From Tubulanus polymorphus (Eukaryota > Animalia > Nemertea): a DNA stretch of 64,000 nt. Both the position numbers and the translations under genes were made by a program. This document shows, piece by piece, positions 30,043-42,897 of this stretch. How positions within the stretch are numbered: position 1 is the first letter of the stretch; every line of letters begins with the position of its first letter. The stretch covers positions 27,190,150-27,254,149 of the forward strand of contig NC_134026.1 of NCBI RefSeq assembly GCF_964204645.1. The letters run 5' to 3'. The notes under the pieces were generated by a model that was given only the letters and a program-made list of their open reading frames with translations, made no database searches and was not told the origin of the DNA.

Positions 30043-31786
30043 TATCCGTCACAAGTGCATTTTTCAAGAACATTAATTACACTGTCGATTCCTGAAGGAA
30101 TTTTTAGATAAAAGGAAAATCAATGATAAACATTCACATAAAAAAATACATGTAACTTTCATTTTCAAATTCATTTTTTCTTTTATTATCAGCCTTTTGA
30201 TCATAATTATCAACGACGCCCATAATTCAAATGTAATCTTACATTTCTGGGTTATTGGAAAATGACAGGTTCAATATTATTGATACTTGCAATTCAACCG
30301 ATTGCGAAAAACCATAACCGGTCGATGAAGCGAGAATGATAATACCTAATTTCTAGTCAATTTTTGATAATTTCCTATCAAATTGCACACCATGCCAGCT
30401 GCTAGGTACATTCTTCATTTTTAATTCATATTTTATTGATTCAGGGTGACACAATTAACTATCTTTGCAACACGATCGTGCACAGATAGCAATATTTAAT
30501 CCCCAGCTGATGTCTCAGTCACATGTTCTCATCCGTTCTTCTGATTGGTTCATAGGAACAAAAACAAAAAATAGTTTCCTGTTCATACGTAATCATGTTT
30601 ATCAGGCTGATGATCCTGAGAATACGAGGTGAATATTCTGTCAAAATATCTGCAACACATCAAATTTGACGCGTAAGTTGATGACGTCGAATTGTTTTGA
30701 CACAAAACATCAAAAAAAAGTTTCAAATAAAAGATCCATATAAATCACATTCAATTTTGACAGGATGAACTTCGGTTATCGGAGTTAGTCGCCAAGTCCC
30801 TGGACGTCAAACTACTTACCAAAGCGGATATATAGCTTTCAAATAAATATCTTTGACGTGCCAAAAATGATGTTGTAATTTTCATAGTATCCACACCAAG
30901 CTCTGAAGTTGGGAAACGGCTCATCTTCAATTTGGAATATGATTTTAAAAAACATCATTAAGAAATTAATTCAAAAATTTCACATCATTGGTTGCATCTG
31001 ATAGATCCAGATTTTCGGATAATTTAATTCTCTTTAGATTTCAGTTTGTATCCAAATACATTCAACCACAAAGACGAGTGTGATTTAACTAAACTGCATC
31101 GCGCCAGTTGTTTCCATTTTATAGCGAGAAATATTGATTTAAGTCGAGAATCAATGCACATGTGAGGGACCAATGGGTTGCCTCCACCTGTCGCAGAACA
31201 TTTGAGTGTCGACAAATATTCTCGTTTCGCAGGCACATTTTTTCCAATGACTCTGCATATATTATTTGCGCACATCGTACAATGTGCGCTATAACACAGG
31301 ACATATTTGTACACCGTCATCTGTTTGCGGGAGCATATTAACTTGTGTTGAAGTCGAATTCATCAGTTCATGACAATCTAGAACGTTACTATCAAGGAAT
31401 ATCTGTCGCTCCTGCTATAGTTTAAATATGATCGAACATTGAAATATGTAAATTGTTATTTTGACGCTTGGGGAGATATGTGGTTTCTAAGTTTTCCGCA
31501 AGGCGGTGTTTCGGACTAGTTACCAGGTCAGTTTATTATATCAAAAATCATTACTTATATCAACATCAAAAATCTTTACAATATCACACAATTCTGTGAA
31601 ATGGTGACTTATTTGTTTCATGGTTCTGTATATAGATGTATGGTCATATCATTGACTTCGACAGGTTTTTTATCCATCTCTTCTCCCTCTAGTATATTAT
31701 AGATCGCATTTATTTCAACGTGCGTACATTTTCACCCCAATGTTTTTGTATCGGTCCATAGAATTGTCTCATTAGATTTGATATTC

Positions 31787-31878
31787 GAGAATTATGAGAA
31801 AATGTATGCGACATATGATGGAAAAAAGAGTTGAGAATTATGAGAAAATGTATGCGACATATGATGGAAAAAAGAGTT
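31787..31878. repeat. Exact 46-bp tandem duplication
   Basis: gagaattatgagaaaatgtatgcgacatatgatggaaaaaagagtt twice (31787-31832 and 31833-31878). Confidence 0.9.
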
Positions 31879-32400
31879 ACGTATGTTTTCATACACGTGG
31901 TGTATCATGCAATGTTGCACTGCGCGTTTCGATTAAAAACTGATATTTTTCTGAATCATTAGTTGATGTTGTATCTTTTCAATCTACTCGGCTCAATATC
32001 TTACTAAATCCATCTTATACACATATACACCATGTTATATTTCATGTATTCAGCAACTCCCGTGTATGTAAAGGATTACCACATAGATGCATACAAATAA
32101 TCGTGTCACAGCTGCATTGTTGGCGACGACTGTTTTATGGGTACCAGACATATTGAATTATAACCAGCCAGAATATCATTGCATGGTTGGTAATTTCCAA
32201 ATTCATCCTTTCACCAATTAGAAATCTGACGGAAAGTGTAGATAATCTATTCGACCATCTGCTTGATAAATTGTAATATGTATCACTATTTATTAATTCA
32301 ATACAAATGTTATTCGGTACCTTCAATCTTTATAAAGATTGATATTCACTCGCACACCACACACACAGACACATACATATATTATCATTATTATACATTA

Positions 32401-32597
32401 TACATAGACGGGCTAAGGATTTATGAAATATATAATCTTAATCCCAGAATTAGTTCAGCTCAATTGAGCTAACCCGGTTGAAATAAAATGTGGTCTATGA
32501 AACCTGGAAGGTTATCATAAGAGTTAACCTAAAATTAGTGATAACTATTAAGTTACATATTTCCAAATGTTTAATTATCACCCAGTCTATGAAACCG
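32401..32597. mobile_element. Possible degenerate MITE with CATAGAC/GTCTATGAAAC ends
   Basis: catagacggg near 32403; gtctatgaaac at about 32493 and 32585. A related end (gtttcatagac) occurs near 52795. Confidence 0.3.
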
Positions 32598-33997
32598 TAT
32601 ATGAACCTATAAGGTGTGTAAGCCTACGTATATGCTTAGATCAGTATGGAAATGCCGGGTGCCCTCTATAGTTGCTCGATAGGCCAATTTTTATGATTTC
32701 TTGGTCTTTGTTCATAAGCAATAGCGAGGGTGTGGTTTTAACCTGCGATATAAATGTATGCAGTGAAAATATCATTTTTGTCTAGCCGGTATACAATCAT
32801 GTACGTACATGTATCAGCCTTGTCGTATTCATCATTGTCGCGCGTAGCATCATCCCATTGACATGTGGCGTCGAGTGTCGCATTTATGAAGAGCTTGATT
32901 GAATGAAGAGTTTGAATCACGGTTTGACATCAGGGAGGTGTCCTCTTTCACCTCACTGGACATCAGGTAGGTATTGGGAGGTGTCTTCTTTCTTAACACT
33001 TCCATCTTCCCGTTGTCATAGTCAGGTTTCTACTCAATCTCGGATATAAAACATATCTAAATGTCTATGCGGTGAAATTCATCTTGAATTCGATAACAAT
33101 TTGTGCAGCATCAAGTGTCGTCACACTGCTAAATGTGCTTCGGTTTCTCCAATTCGACCCACTGCATCATGTTGTCATGGTAAAATATCTGCCGATGACG
33201 AAGTGGTATTTCGCGTACCGTTCAATTGAGTTGATGGCGAACGTTTAAAAAAGAAAACAAATTATCATTTCCGACTTCCGAGTTTCCGATCCCGGTGAAA
33301 CATGTACTCATTTCTAAATCATTGAATATTTTGTATTTTTAATAATATCTTTAGATTTATCTGAGAATTTGTCACGCCCATGCTGGAGGAAAACTCCACG
33401 GGCGTTAATCAATACATATATGCGTATACACTGCGTGATATGCAATTTATTTCTAATTGAAAAAGTGAGAACACAGCTTGAAGAAAACAGCAACTTGCAT
33501 GTGTAAAAACAACGTCGTTGACAATTTTACTAACCAGTACAAGTACTGGGTTAGTGGCTGTAAAGCGCTTTTAATACAGAATGAAAAATCATTCTGCAGT
33601 ATATACTTGTACCGCGTGACAACTAGACACATGGATAATTATTCATTCCATTTGAAAAAGACAGCTCGTCTTGGCTTTGTCTAGCCACTTTGATATTTAT
33701 AAATTTTCCAATGGGTTCGACAGGGCATTTTGTCCATGTCGTGTATTATTAACGTTTACATTTACAAAACTTTACGGATATACGTATTGCACACGTAAAC
33801 GAAGGCGAAGGGAGTAATGATCGATTGGACTTTTCTTGGGTTTTATAAATGGAATCATTCCAGTATCTGGTATGTATTTTCTTTGCAAAATTGTATATTA
33901 TCATCCGGGTTGTTTAGCTACGTTTCCAGAAAATACAGTCATGCCTGTAGCCGCTTAGTTATATGAAATGCCATTTGATGACGAAATAGATGATGAC

Positions 33998-34027
33998 AAT
34001 AATAATAATAATAATAATAATAATAAT
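33998..34027. repeat. (AAT)10 microsatellite
   Basis: Direct reading. Confidence 0.9.
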
Positions 34028-34328
34028 TCTTTTCCTGTTCGTCTGTGCTATGAAAATACTAATGCTCCTAAACGTTTTTCATTTTCATTTTCATGATTGC
34101 TAATATTTTCGTTATACCGTTCCGCATTTGAATTGTATGAAATGTTTGTTGTAGATATTTACGTCGATACTTGTATTGTACACGTTCAACTACCTTTGAA
34201 AACACTTTTTTTTAGAAACCGGCTGAATAGAAGTATGTATTGAGGACATTGTTTAATCCAGGTCATTATCATGATAATATGGTGTTTTATCAAACACTCG
34301 CCGTTAGTATTTATACCATATATACATC

Positions 34329-34556
<228 letters not shown>

Positions 34557-34980
34557 TTCATAATTGGTATATGTAGATAGATTCGATGTCCAGATGTCAA
34601 CAGTAAAACCTAGAAATGATTATACTGTGGTATATTCATATAAATCAGTTTTGCATATGTATTATCAACAAATGAGACATCTGCGTCACATAATGCGCAA
34701 CATGTTGAGTATAGATTGTATTGAATGCATACTGAGACAATGATTGTAAGCTGCGGTTCATCATATGTTGTTGTTAATTTTAGATGTTGGATATTAAATG
34801 TTTATTTCATTTCCGTATGATACCAGGTATGTTTATCCGTGGACGTATAAACTCTGGTTTATACGTCCGTGGTTTATCTGACAATAATACATCATCATAA
34901 CTATCAACATTAATTCTATTTTAGATTTGGTACGGGCAATGAAGTCGGCCCGAGATTTCGATGAATTCATATGACCAGTT

Positions 34981-37900
34981 ATGATTTTTACGTCTGAATT
35001 ATCGAAGCCTTTCAAAAATCCCGAGGATGTCAACGATGCAACCAAACTTCAGCCGGAATATAAAAGCGGAACGGACTATATATGTGTCAAAAACGTAAAC
35101 TCAATTGACACCGATAAGAAATACGAGAAATTCAATTTGGAGACTTGTTCCGACAAGGATACGTTTGAATCATTTGAATCCTCCATTTCCGAGGCTGTGT
35201 TGCGAAACATTCCCGATGACAGGAGCGCAAAGCCATGTTTGTCATGTAATCAAGACTTTCAATCTCTGTTCGTGAAGTCTTTATCAGAATCAGTTAAAGA
35301 AACGTTTAATCCGATAGAAAACGAATCTACAGACGGTGGTTCGACGATACTATCCCAAGAATATTCGACTCATGGTGAACTTCTAAATCAGTCAGCAAGT
35401 TACCCTACCAATATAAGCCAAACTGTTTCAAACAATGAGAAAGATCTCTTTCTAACTAATTTGAAACTAAGTCCCAAAAGACAAAAACCTAAACCTGCTA
35501 GTTGTGATACGAGAACTTACACTACAATTAATGGGATACAATGTAGCATTGATGCTAGTGCAGAGTCGGAAGAATTAATCAACAAAAAGCCAGTGGTTCT
35601 ATTGGAAAGATTGACTACGAAGCATTTGAAATCATTTATAACGAAAGATAAGGTCAAGATCAAATCTGCCATAGGCCACGAAATGTCGACATCAAACCCG
35701 ATCGAGAAGATAAACGTTCCAAATACTAAGAGTTTACTTTACACTGATTCGATGGCTGTAACCAGCCCTCGTTCAAGCGCATTTACGGGCAATGAAAATC
35801 CCGTTGATCTCAGTGGAACTTATCCATCGAAATCGGTTGGAATGTCGTCTGAAATTCACGGTGGTAGTTCAAATGCACCTGAACATATACCTCTCTGTCA
35901 TACGATACACAAAAATGTCACAAATGATCGAATAATTATGTCATCCGCTGACCAAGAAAGTCTCGATGCACCATCACTGATATCAATGACTTCCGAGGGG
36001 AGTGAATATACTAAAATATCTAGAGCTGTGGATGATATGCATTGCAGTTCATTTTCAAAGGACACCGACAGACCTCTCCCCGTACTGGTTGACCATTCGG
36101 CACCACACGCGGTTATATTGGACGACGGAAGAACCCAGTCGAAATCGAAAGTTTTGCAAAAGACTCATGTCGATCCAGATCCCTCGGAAGTGCAAGATAA
36201 ATCAATTCGAACTAGCGAAGAACTAACAATGCCTCGTCTACAGAAAGAAGTCGATAATGCTATGCCTGGAAAAAATGATTTCATTGAACAGGCACCTGTT
36301 CTAGATAATTCTTGCGCAAGAAATATGAAGATGAAGGATAGCGATAAGCAAATAACACCCAACAAAATGCGTGAGGATATTAAAACTGATATTGTTGATA
36401 TTGACATGCGTATCAGCGATAGAGATTGTGATATGTCTCTTGGAGTAGATAATTTCATGATACCTAGACAGTCTGGCCAGAAATCTGCTGAAAGTGATAC
36501 TGACATTAACGATAGAGATCTCGAATTTCAAAATATGTCGTACGAAATATGTGTGTCGGATAATACACACAACGTTACCCAATTTGAAAGTGAATATACG
36601 GCACAATTAGTCTCAGATCCATCTTCCCTCGACTTAGCGGAAGATACGACGCCAAACCAACCGAGCCTCTTCTTTGTTACAGATCCGGAAGCCCAGGTTC
36701 ACGACATCCCTCAAGACTTTTCAAAATCACGTTTTCAAATACACGAGACGTTAATGCATAATGACGACAGCAGTCATTCGGATGGCGACTGTCCGCGTCT
36801 TGTCATAGCTGATGAGATAAATGTCGTAAATAAAGATTCGTTTGATTCGTCTCAGTCATATGAAACTATGAACCTCGTGATAAAGGATGTTGTCTCGCTT
36901 AAGGACGATGTAGATGGAGACGAGAAAAACTTGCTTAGTGATCCTAGCGATGATCAGCAACAGTCCAATGATATCAATAAGTCGATGGGGGAGGATGCAT
37001 TAAGTGATCTCGTTAATGATATTGTCGATGATAAAAATTCATCTCTTGTAAAAGAGGATAATGACCGTAGCGATGCTCGAAATATTGAGCCCGTCGTTGT
37101 AGCGGGTTCGGTTAAAGCACCGTCGTCTCAAACTGACGCTCCAACATTAGGAGGTCGGGAGGTTGAATCTGATGTTCATTCGCCTGGCGCATCGTCCCCG
37201 CCATCCGCTCAAACAGGTTGTTTCATACAATCGAAAACGGGTTTGCTACGTACCGACCCACAACATTCAACAAAAATAAGGCTGAAAAGAAAAGAATCAT
37301 CCAGGTACGCGATAGTGCACAACGAACCCGATATATCTAGTCCAGCTCCAAACGCAAATGACGATATACCACTTAAAGTGGCCCATATTCGAGCTAAATT
37401 ACGTGATAATAGTGCTTCTAGTCCAAAATTTGATGAGATACATCCATCATCATCTAAAGATTCAGGTTTTACCGTCCAAGATGAGGTATCCAGAGCATTA
37501 GATACTGCTCTAGGTAGTAGTAAACCTGCAGCGCAGCCTGAATCGATTGAACTGCAGGAGAGAATAAACGCAGAGCAAAACACCATGATGAACATGAATC
37601 GTGGCTTGACCACAAATCCTGGAAAGGCTTCGATAAAATCCAAAAACAATCAGCGGCCAAAAAAATCACAGAATGAAAAACCATCGCTGCCTTTGAGATC
37701 AATTGATATGTCATCGGAGAGCAACAGTCCATCAAGCGACATCAACAAAAAAGAGGAAGGTGAGGTCTTTATTCTATGTACTGGCCTTTTAAACAATATT
37801 TCTATAAAGAGTTATGCGCCATGACTTGTCGTGTTATTCTATATCATATATTGTTGCCATATGGTATAAAATGTGTAAGTGGGAGGTGAAAAGCTTCGAA

Positions 37901-40900
37901 TAGCTTGTCAAACTCTCATACTTCTCTATTCAGAAAACACGTGTTGTTTCTTGCGTTTACAAATGTCAAGTTAAGCTTAATATAATCATTGGTGCATGGC
38001 ATTTCCATCAATTCCAAGGATTTCCCATTTTTTGTGGGTATGCTATATAAAATCATTCATTGTGTAAATCTTTTAAATTTTGGATTTAGTGTTCACATCA
38101 AGGGTTAAGGGATTTTATGCTTTTCATTTTAGACCTGTTATATTCTATCATACGAGCTTGGAAGTATTACAATAAATTTTGTCGCTATAGAATTGTATAT
38201 TAATACATTGTTGAAGTAGTGCAGCTGCATAGACAATTTTTTCTAACCTGCCAGTTGTGTAATATTTGAATATTTGCTATGGAACTTCAACTACATATGT
38301 ATGTATTAATAACATGTTCCCGATAATTCAGGAACAAATCTCTATGATGTGAATACAACGACAGAATGCTACTAATGGCCAAAGTAAATTAAGCTAAAAC
38401 AAAAGAAAAACTGCATAAGCCACCTCTTTTATTCATTGAGATGAGCTCACAACATTTTTATATACACTGGAGTATCATAACGGTATCAGTTTTAGTTGAA
38501 ACCACTAGAGATATGAGACGTTCTGTAGGTCGAAATTCCACGGAGTAATTCAACAAAAATTTTATACGGGTGAAATGATTAATGGTTTTCGTGTGAACTT
38601 CATTGTCGGGTGTATTGAAGTTAATTTAATCTCGATTCTCTCTATATATATATATATAATGTAATCTCACGTCGAAAACTCTTGATATTGCTCGAATATC
38701 GATTATCTACTATTTCGGGCTATTATATTATGTACATGTGGGCATATCTTTTTCCAGGAGGAGATGACTTACCTGTTATACTACCTCCAAAACGGCGAAG
38801 AATGGGAGCGAAATCGAAAACCCCTGAACGACCTAATGCCCGTATCACAGACGACGATGAACTATTGAGGCTAACGCAGGAATTTCCCAAATATAATTGG
38901 TTAGAAAACAAAATCAAAAAGAACGAGGGAGGATTAGTAGCAAAGCCGGAAGTAAAATCAGACGGTGTTGAAGCCTCGACGGATAGGAATATTGACGTTA
39001 CGACGGTCGAGAAAAACGACATTGAAACCAGTTCACTTGTCTCTTCGTCCTCAACTCCTATTGTAGGTTCTCCAGAGAGATCCGTTGCTTCATCCAGTGT
39101 ATATACTGCTGAGAAAGAATCGTCCAACAACGCTGACACTGAAAAATTATCTGTTAATGTAACACGTAATGCCGAATTTGAGTGAGTATGCATTGGTGTT
39201 CGATGTAGCTGTATAATCCCGCATTCGAAATTTCCCTCGAACTGTCCAAAAACCTTTTTGATGATGCAGGTCTCTCGAAAAACCAATGAACATGCAACAA
39301 CGCTTAGAAAATATGATAGAAACCAGTTTGCTAGCTGCACATAACGGTGATGACGAATTTGAAGACATCAAAACTCTTGCAGGGAACAATGAAGGTATGA
39401 GTTACAGGAAATATGTATGAAAAAAACGACTGTTGAAAATTTAGTTTTCGTGGTGATAGAAAGCTTTGTTGATTATAAATGGGATATTCCCAACTTCCGT
39501 GTATACGTTATTCCTGTTAAAGGGAACTACTTATCGTAAACCATTCAGAATATTATTTTCGCCTACAAGTGGTTAGATAATTTAAACGATGGGCTGCTTT
39601 TAATGCCTAAAACTGATATATTGGAATGTATCAAATTTGTCTTACAATTTCGTATATTCTCCAGATGTTGTGAAAAAACAAAAACCAAATACGCCTATTC
39701 AACGAGTTCAGCCACAAATCAAGAGCACGGTGTCTGATATGGTACGCGACCATAAAGACGTAATTGCAAATATAAAAACCCAGATGCAGATTGTTCAAAC
39801 TGCTTCAGAAATACAGCAAGCCTATAATGAGATGAATAGAGGAGTTTTACAGAAAGACGAAATCTATAAAGCAGCTGAAGCTCTTCAGATCCCGAGTACA
39901 CCAACACAATCGGATCAAGCACACGTATCCGTCGTGACACCAATTGTTCCTATCGATTTCAGTTCGATAGCAACAAACATGACTCAATCAGAGGACGCTG
40001 CTTCACTTGACAACCCATTGCAGCATAATTGTATTCCTATGCCACTTCGTACCCCATCCCCAAGTATTCGACAGGGTACGGTCGTACATATTCCGTCTGT
40101 GCCACCGCTCACGATGCCACCTCCACGATTTCCCTCAACGACTATGTCAGGTTACGCCGGAGGCCTGCGATTTGTCGAGACATCAACTGGCAAACGGCTC
40201 GCTGACTGGAATAACTCTGGAGAATCACAAAACAAATATGTCAAGAATGATACTAATTCATATCCAGCGGTACAAAAAAAATGTTCAACTGAAATTAAGA
40301 GTCCAGTTCGTAACGTACCTCTGTCGCCACAAACGCCCCGACAAATCACAACAGAGGAATATGAAAAAATGAAGCGGGACTTTCAACGTGTAGAGATGAT
40401 GGTCGCCATAAAAGAGAGAGAACGAAATCAGGCAATCATGATGAAGCATCGTATGGCAATGCTTTTGGTGAAAATGGAGTCTCACTTGCGTGTAGCTGGG
40501 CTGAAGCCAAGTACATCGCCTTTAGTCAACGAAAAGTCTTATACAACTCCAGAATTGCGGGACTCTATGCCTAGGGTTGAACAAAGAGACGCGTACAGTG
40601 AAAGATACCGACATAATCAACAAAGTTGTTCTAGACATGATAATATACGAGAATTTGGAGAGAGGGCTTATAACCGACGAGAGTCTTACGATAAATACCC
40701 CCGTATTCCAGAGAATAATCTCGACAAATCTAAAACAGTTCCACCACCAGCGCATGGCCAGAAACCAGTTTCACTGCCGAAGGAAATACTCCTAGAAGAC
40801 CGTTATAAAAATAATTCAACTTTTCAACCCTTAGCCCAAAAACCACCAGACAGAAGTCCAAGGCTAGTTCGAGAAATGATGAGTAGAACTGCAGCTATTC

Positions 40901-42897
40901 CGGTTAATCGTTTGTCGTCGGATACAGACTCTTTTCAAAGGAATAGTATTTCAAATACCTTATTGACTCCTCCACCTCAAGGTAGACGATCCATCGACAC
41001 TTCACTTTATAATTACACCCAAGGGAAGTTACTTGAACCTGTACCTAATTCTTCACCACAAGGTACCATGCAAAACCTGAGCCATGGATATCAAGGTGAC
41101 CGTTTCCAGATGAAAGATAGAAGAGACATTACTCCACGAGCAAAATCAACAATCGAAATTATAGATTTGACACGTTCACCTGGTCATGATAATGGAAGGT
41201 TAACAAACAAACAGGTACCAAGACCAGTCGCACCTCAGGTTGTGTATCCCCAAAATCTTCCTGCTCAAATAAAGTATCAACCGCCGTCTATATCAGACTA
41301 CAATCGTATCCAGCAACCTATTCAGCATCCGGTGGTAACCAGCATATCACATATGGCTGCTAGCCCTATGCAGCGTAGTCCTCCCATCAGAATCCCTCCA
41401 ACACTCATTCAACCCACTCATTCAGAAACAAAACGACAGCAACCACCTGCACAAGATCCTCAAGATATGCCGGTTCCATACCGGCCGGATATGCAACCAA
41501 ACCAATCAAGGCTTGCACCTAGACCTGTTGGGCAGTTCCAAATGAATCCTTGTCCACTGAAATCCAATGGAAATGAATCGTTTCATCGTGATGCGATGAT
41601 ACGACAACACCAACATAATCGTGCTCCGATTTCCCCAAGTTCAGTAGATGTTAGAGCACACCCGAGTTTACAGTATCAACAACAGCAACAGCATATTCAT
41701 TCTCACCAACCACATGCACCCCAACAATTAATGCAGAATGTACGACCAGCAGTACCAGCACCATCCGATCCAAGAAAGATATCTAAACAACAGCAAAGCT
41801 CTATTCCTGGTTGGCCACCACAACCCGGTCCTTACTATCACAACCACTTACCTAACGTCCAACATCCAAATCCTGCTGCACACACACAGTCATATGACAG
41901 TGAACGGTTTCCACATCCAGGAATCTCTGATCTTCAATATACAAGACGAGATACACCAATGATTCCTATTCCTAGCCGCGCACCACAAATTCGTCATCAG
42001 CAAACCCAGAATGTTCAACACAATTATCTAACAAGACAGGTACTTTTGTAACATCATTAAAACTTTGAATCAGGTTGGCCCAGAACTCTATGTATAACCT
42101 TTTGATTTGAATATGATTTCAGCCGACGCCAATGCAAGTGAGAACTGAACAATCTAATGCTTTCCAGGAGCACACCAGATTATGTGTCGTTTGCAGCCAA
42201 CGAGCAGCCTTTTTGTGCTCTGGTTGTAAACGTGTTTGGTATTGCAGCCAACATTGTCAGGTACGTTTTCCCAAGTGTAAATGCTAAGTTTGCTTTCAGT
42301 CTGCTAGCAAAAACTGGAGAAAAGATATTACGTTATTTCAAAGCGCTTGAACAACGTTGAATCCGCTTCGCTTTGCGAAAATGAACCTTTTCATTTTACA
42401 GCTCTTCACGCTTCTCAGTGGTCAGTGGTTATGTCGCTTCAGCATGCTTAGTGATAATCATCAATCGTTTCTCATCTGGTATCCACGATGTCATCATAGG
42501 CATATCATGATTCTTGCATCTTGCTTCCATTGCCTTTTTTCTTATGGACATTTATTTATCGAACCAGCCGAATGGTCTACATTATTCTCTGCATGCTAAT
42601 GCTATGCTTTCTATCGCTTTCAATTTCTTTCTTTCACTTTGACCCTAAAGCTACTCGCATATTGTGACGTAGATACGTATCAGTTTGTACATGACAATTG
42701 CCAATTATTTTTACACCTTCTTCATTCCGAGTTGTGTATTTGAAGCACATCCCTCCTTTTTCATCGGAAGGAAATCTTGTACAATTTATATACTAAAACA
42801 CTCGTCTATATTTTCGTATTCATATCGCTGATATTTTTCTTCTACTCAGATCAAAGGATGGCAGACACATCGAGCCGAGTGCTCACTGCACGCATGA
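34981..42897 (+). CDS. Large low-complexity nuclear protein with C-terminal MYND zinc finger, 1962 aa (uncharacterised)
   Basis: Exons 34981-37759, 38758-39181, 39270-39394, 39665-42039, 42123-42260, 42850-42897 (5889 nt, in frame). The last two exons give CVVCSQRAAFLCSGCKRVWYCSQHCQ|IKGWQTHRAEC, which fits the MYND consensus CxxC..CxxC...YCxxxCQxxxWxxHxxxC. S/D/E-rich N-half, P/Q-rich C-half, NLS-like PPKRRR. AATAAA at 45065-45070. Confidence 0.88.

Noticed and set aside
31024-31320. 98-aa Cys-containing minus-strand ORF next to the PLA2-like gene, considered as a paralogue
   Set aside because: No signal peptide, no WCG or HD motif, and no supporting exon structure.
34972-34974. In-frame TGA read as selenocysteine
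   Set aside because: No redox-motif context and no SECIS that I could identify by eye in the 3' UTR; kept only as a uORF/readthrough hypothesis.
36002-41962. Numerous antisense and alternate-frame ORFs of 65-205 aa
   Set aside because: They are shadows of the long MYND-gene exons, with no independent motifs or splice structure.
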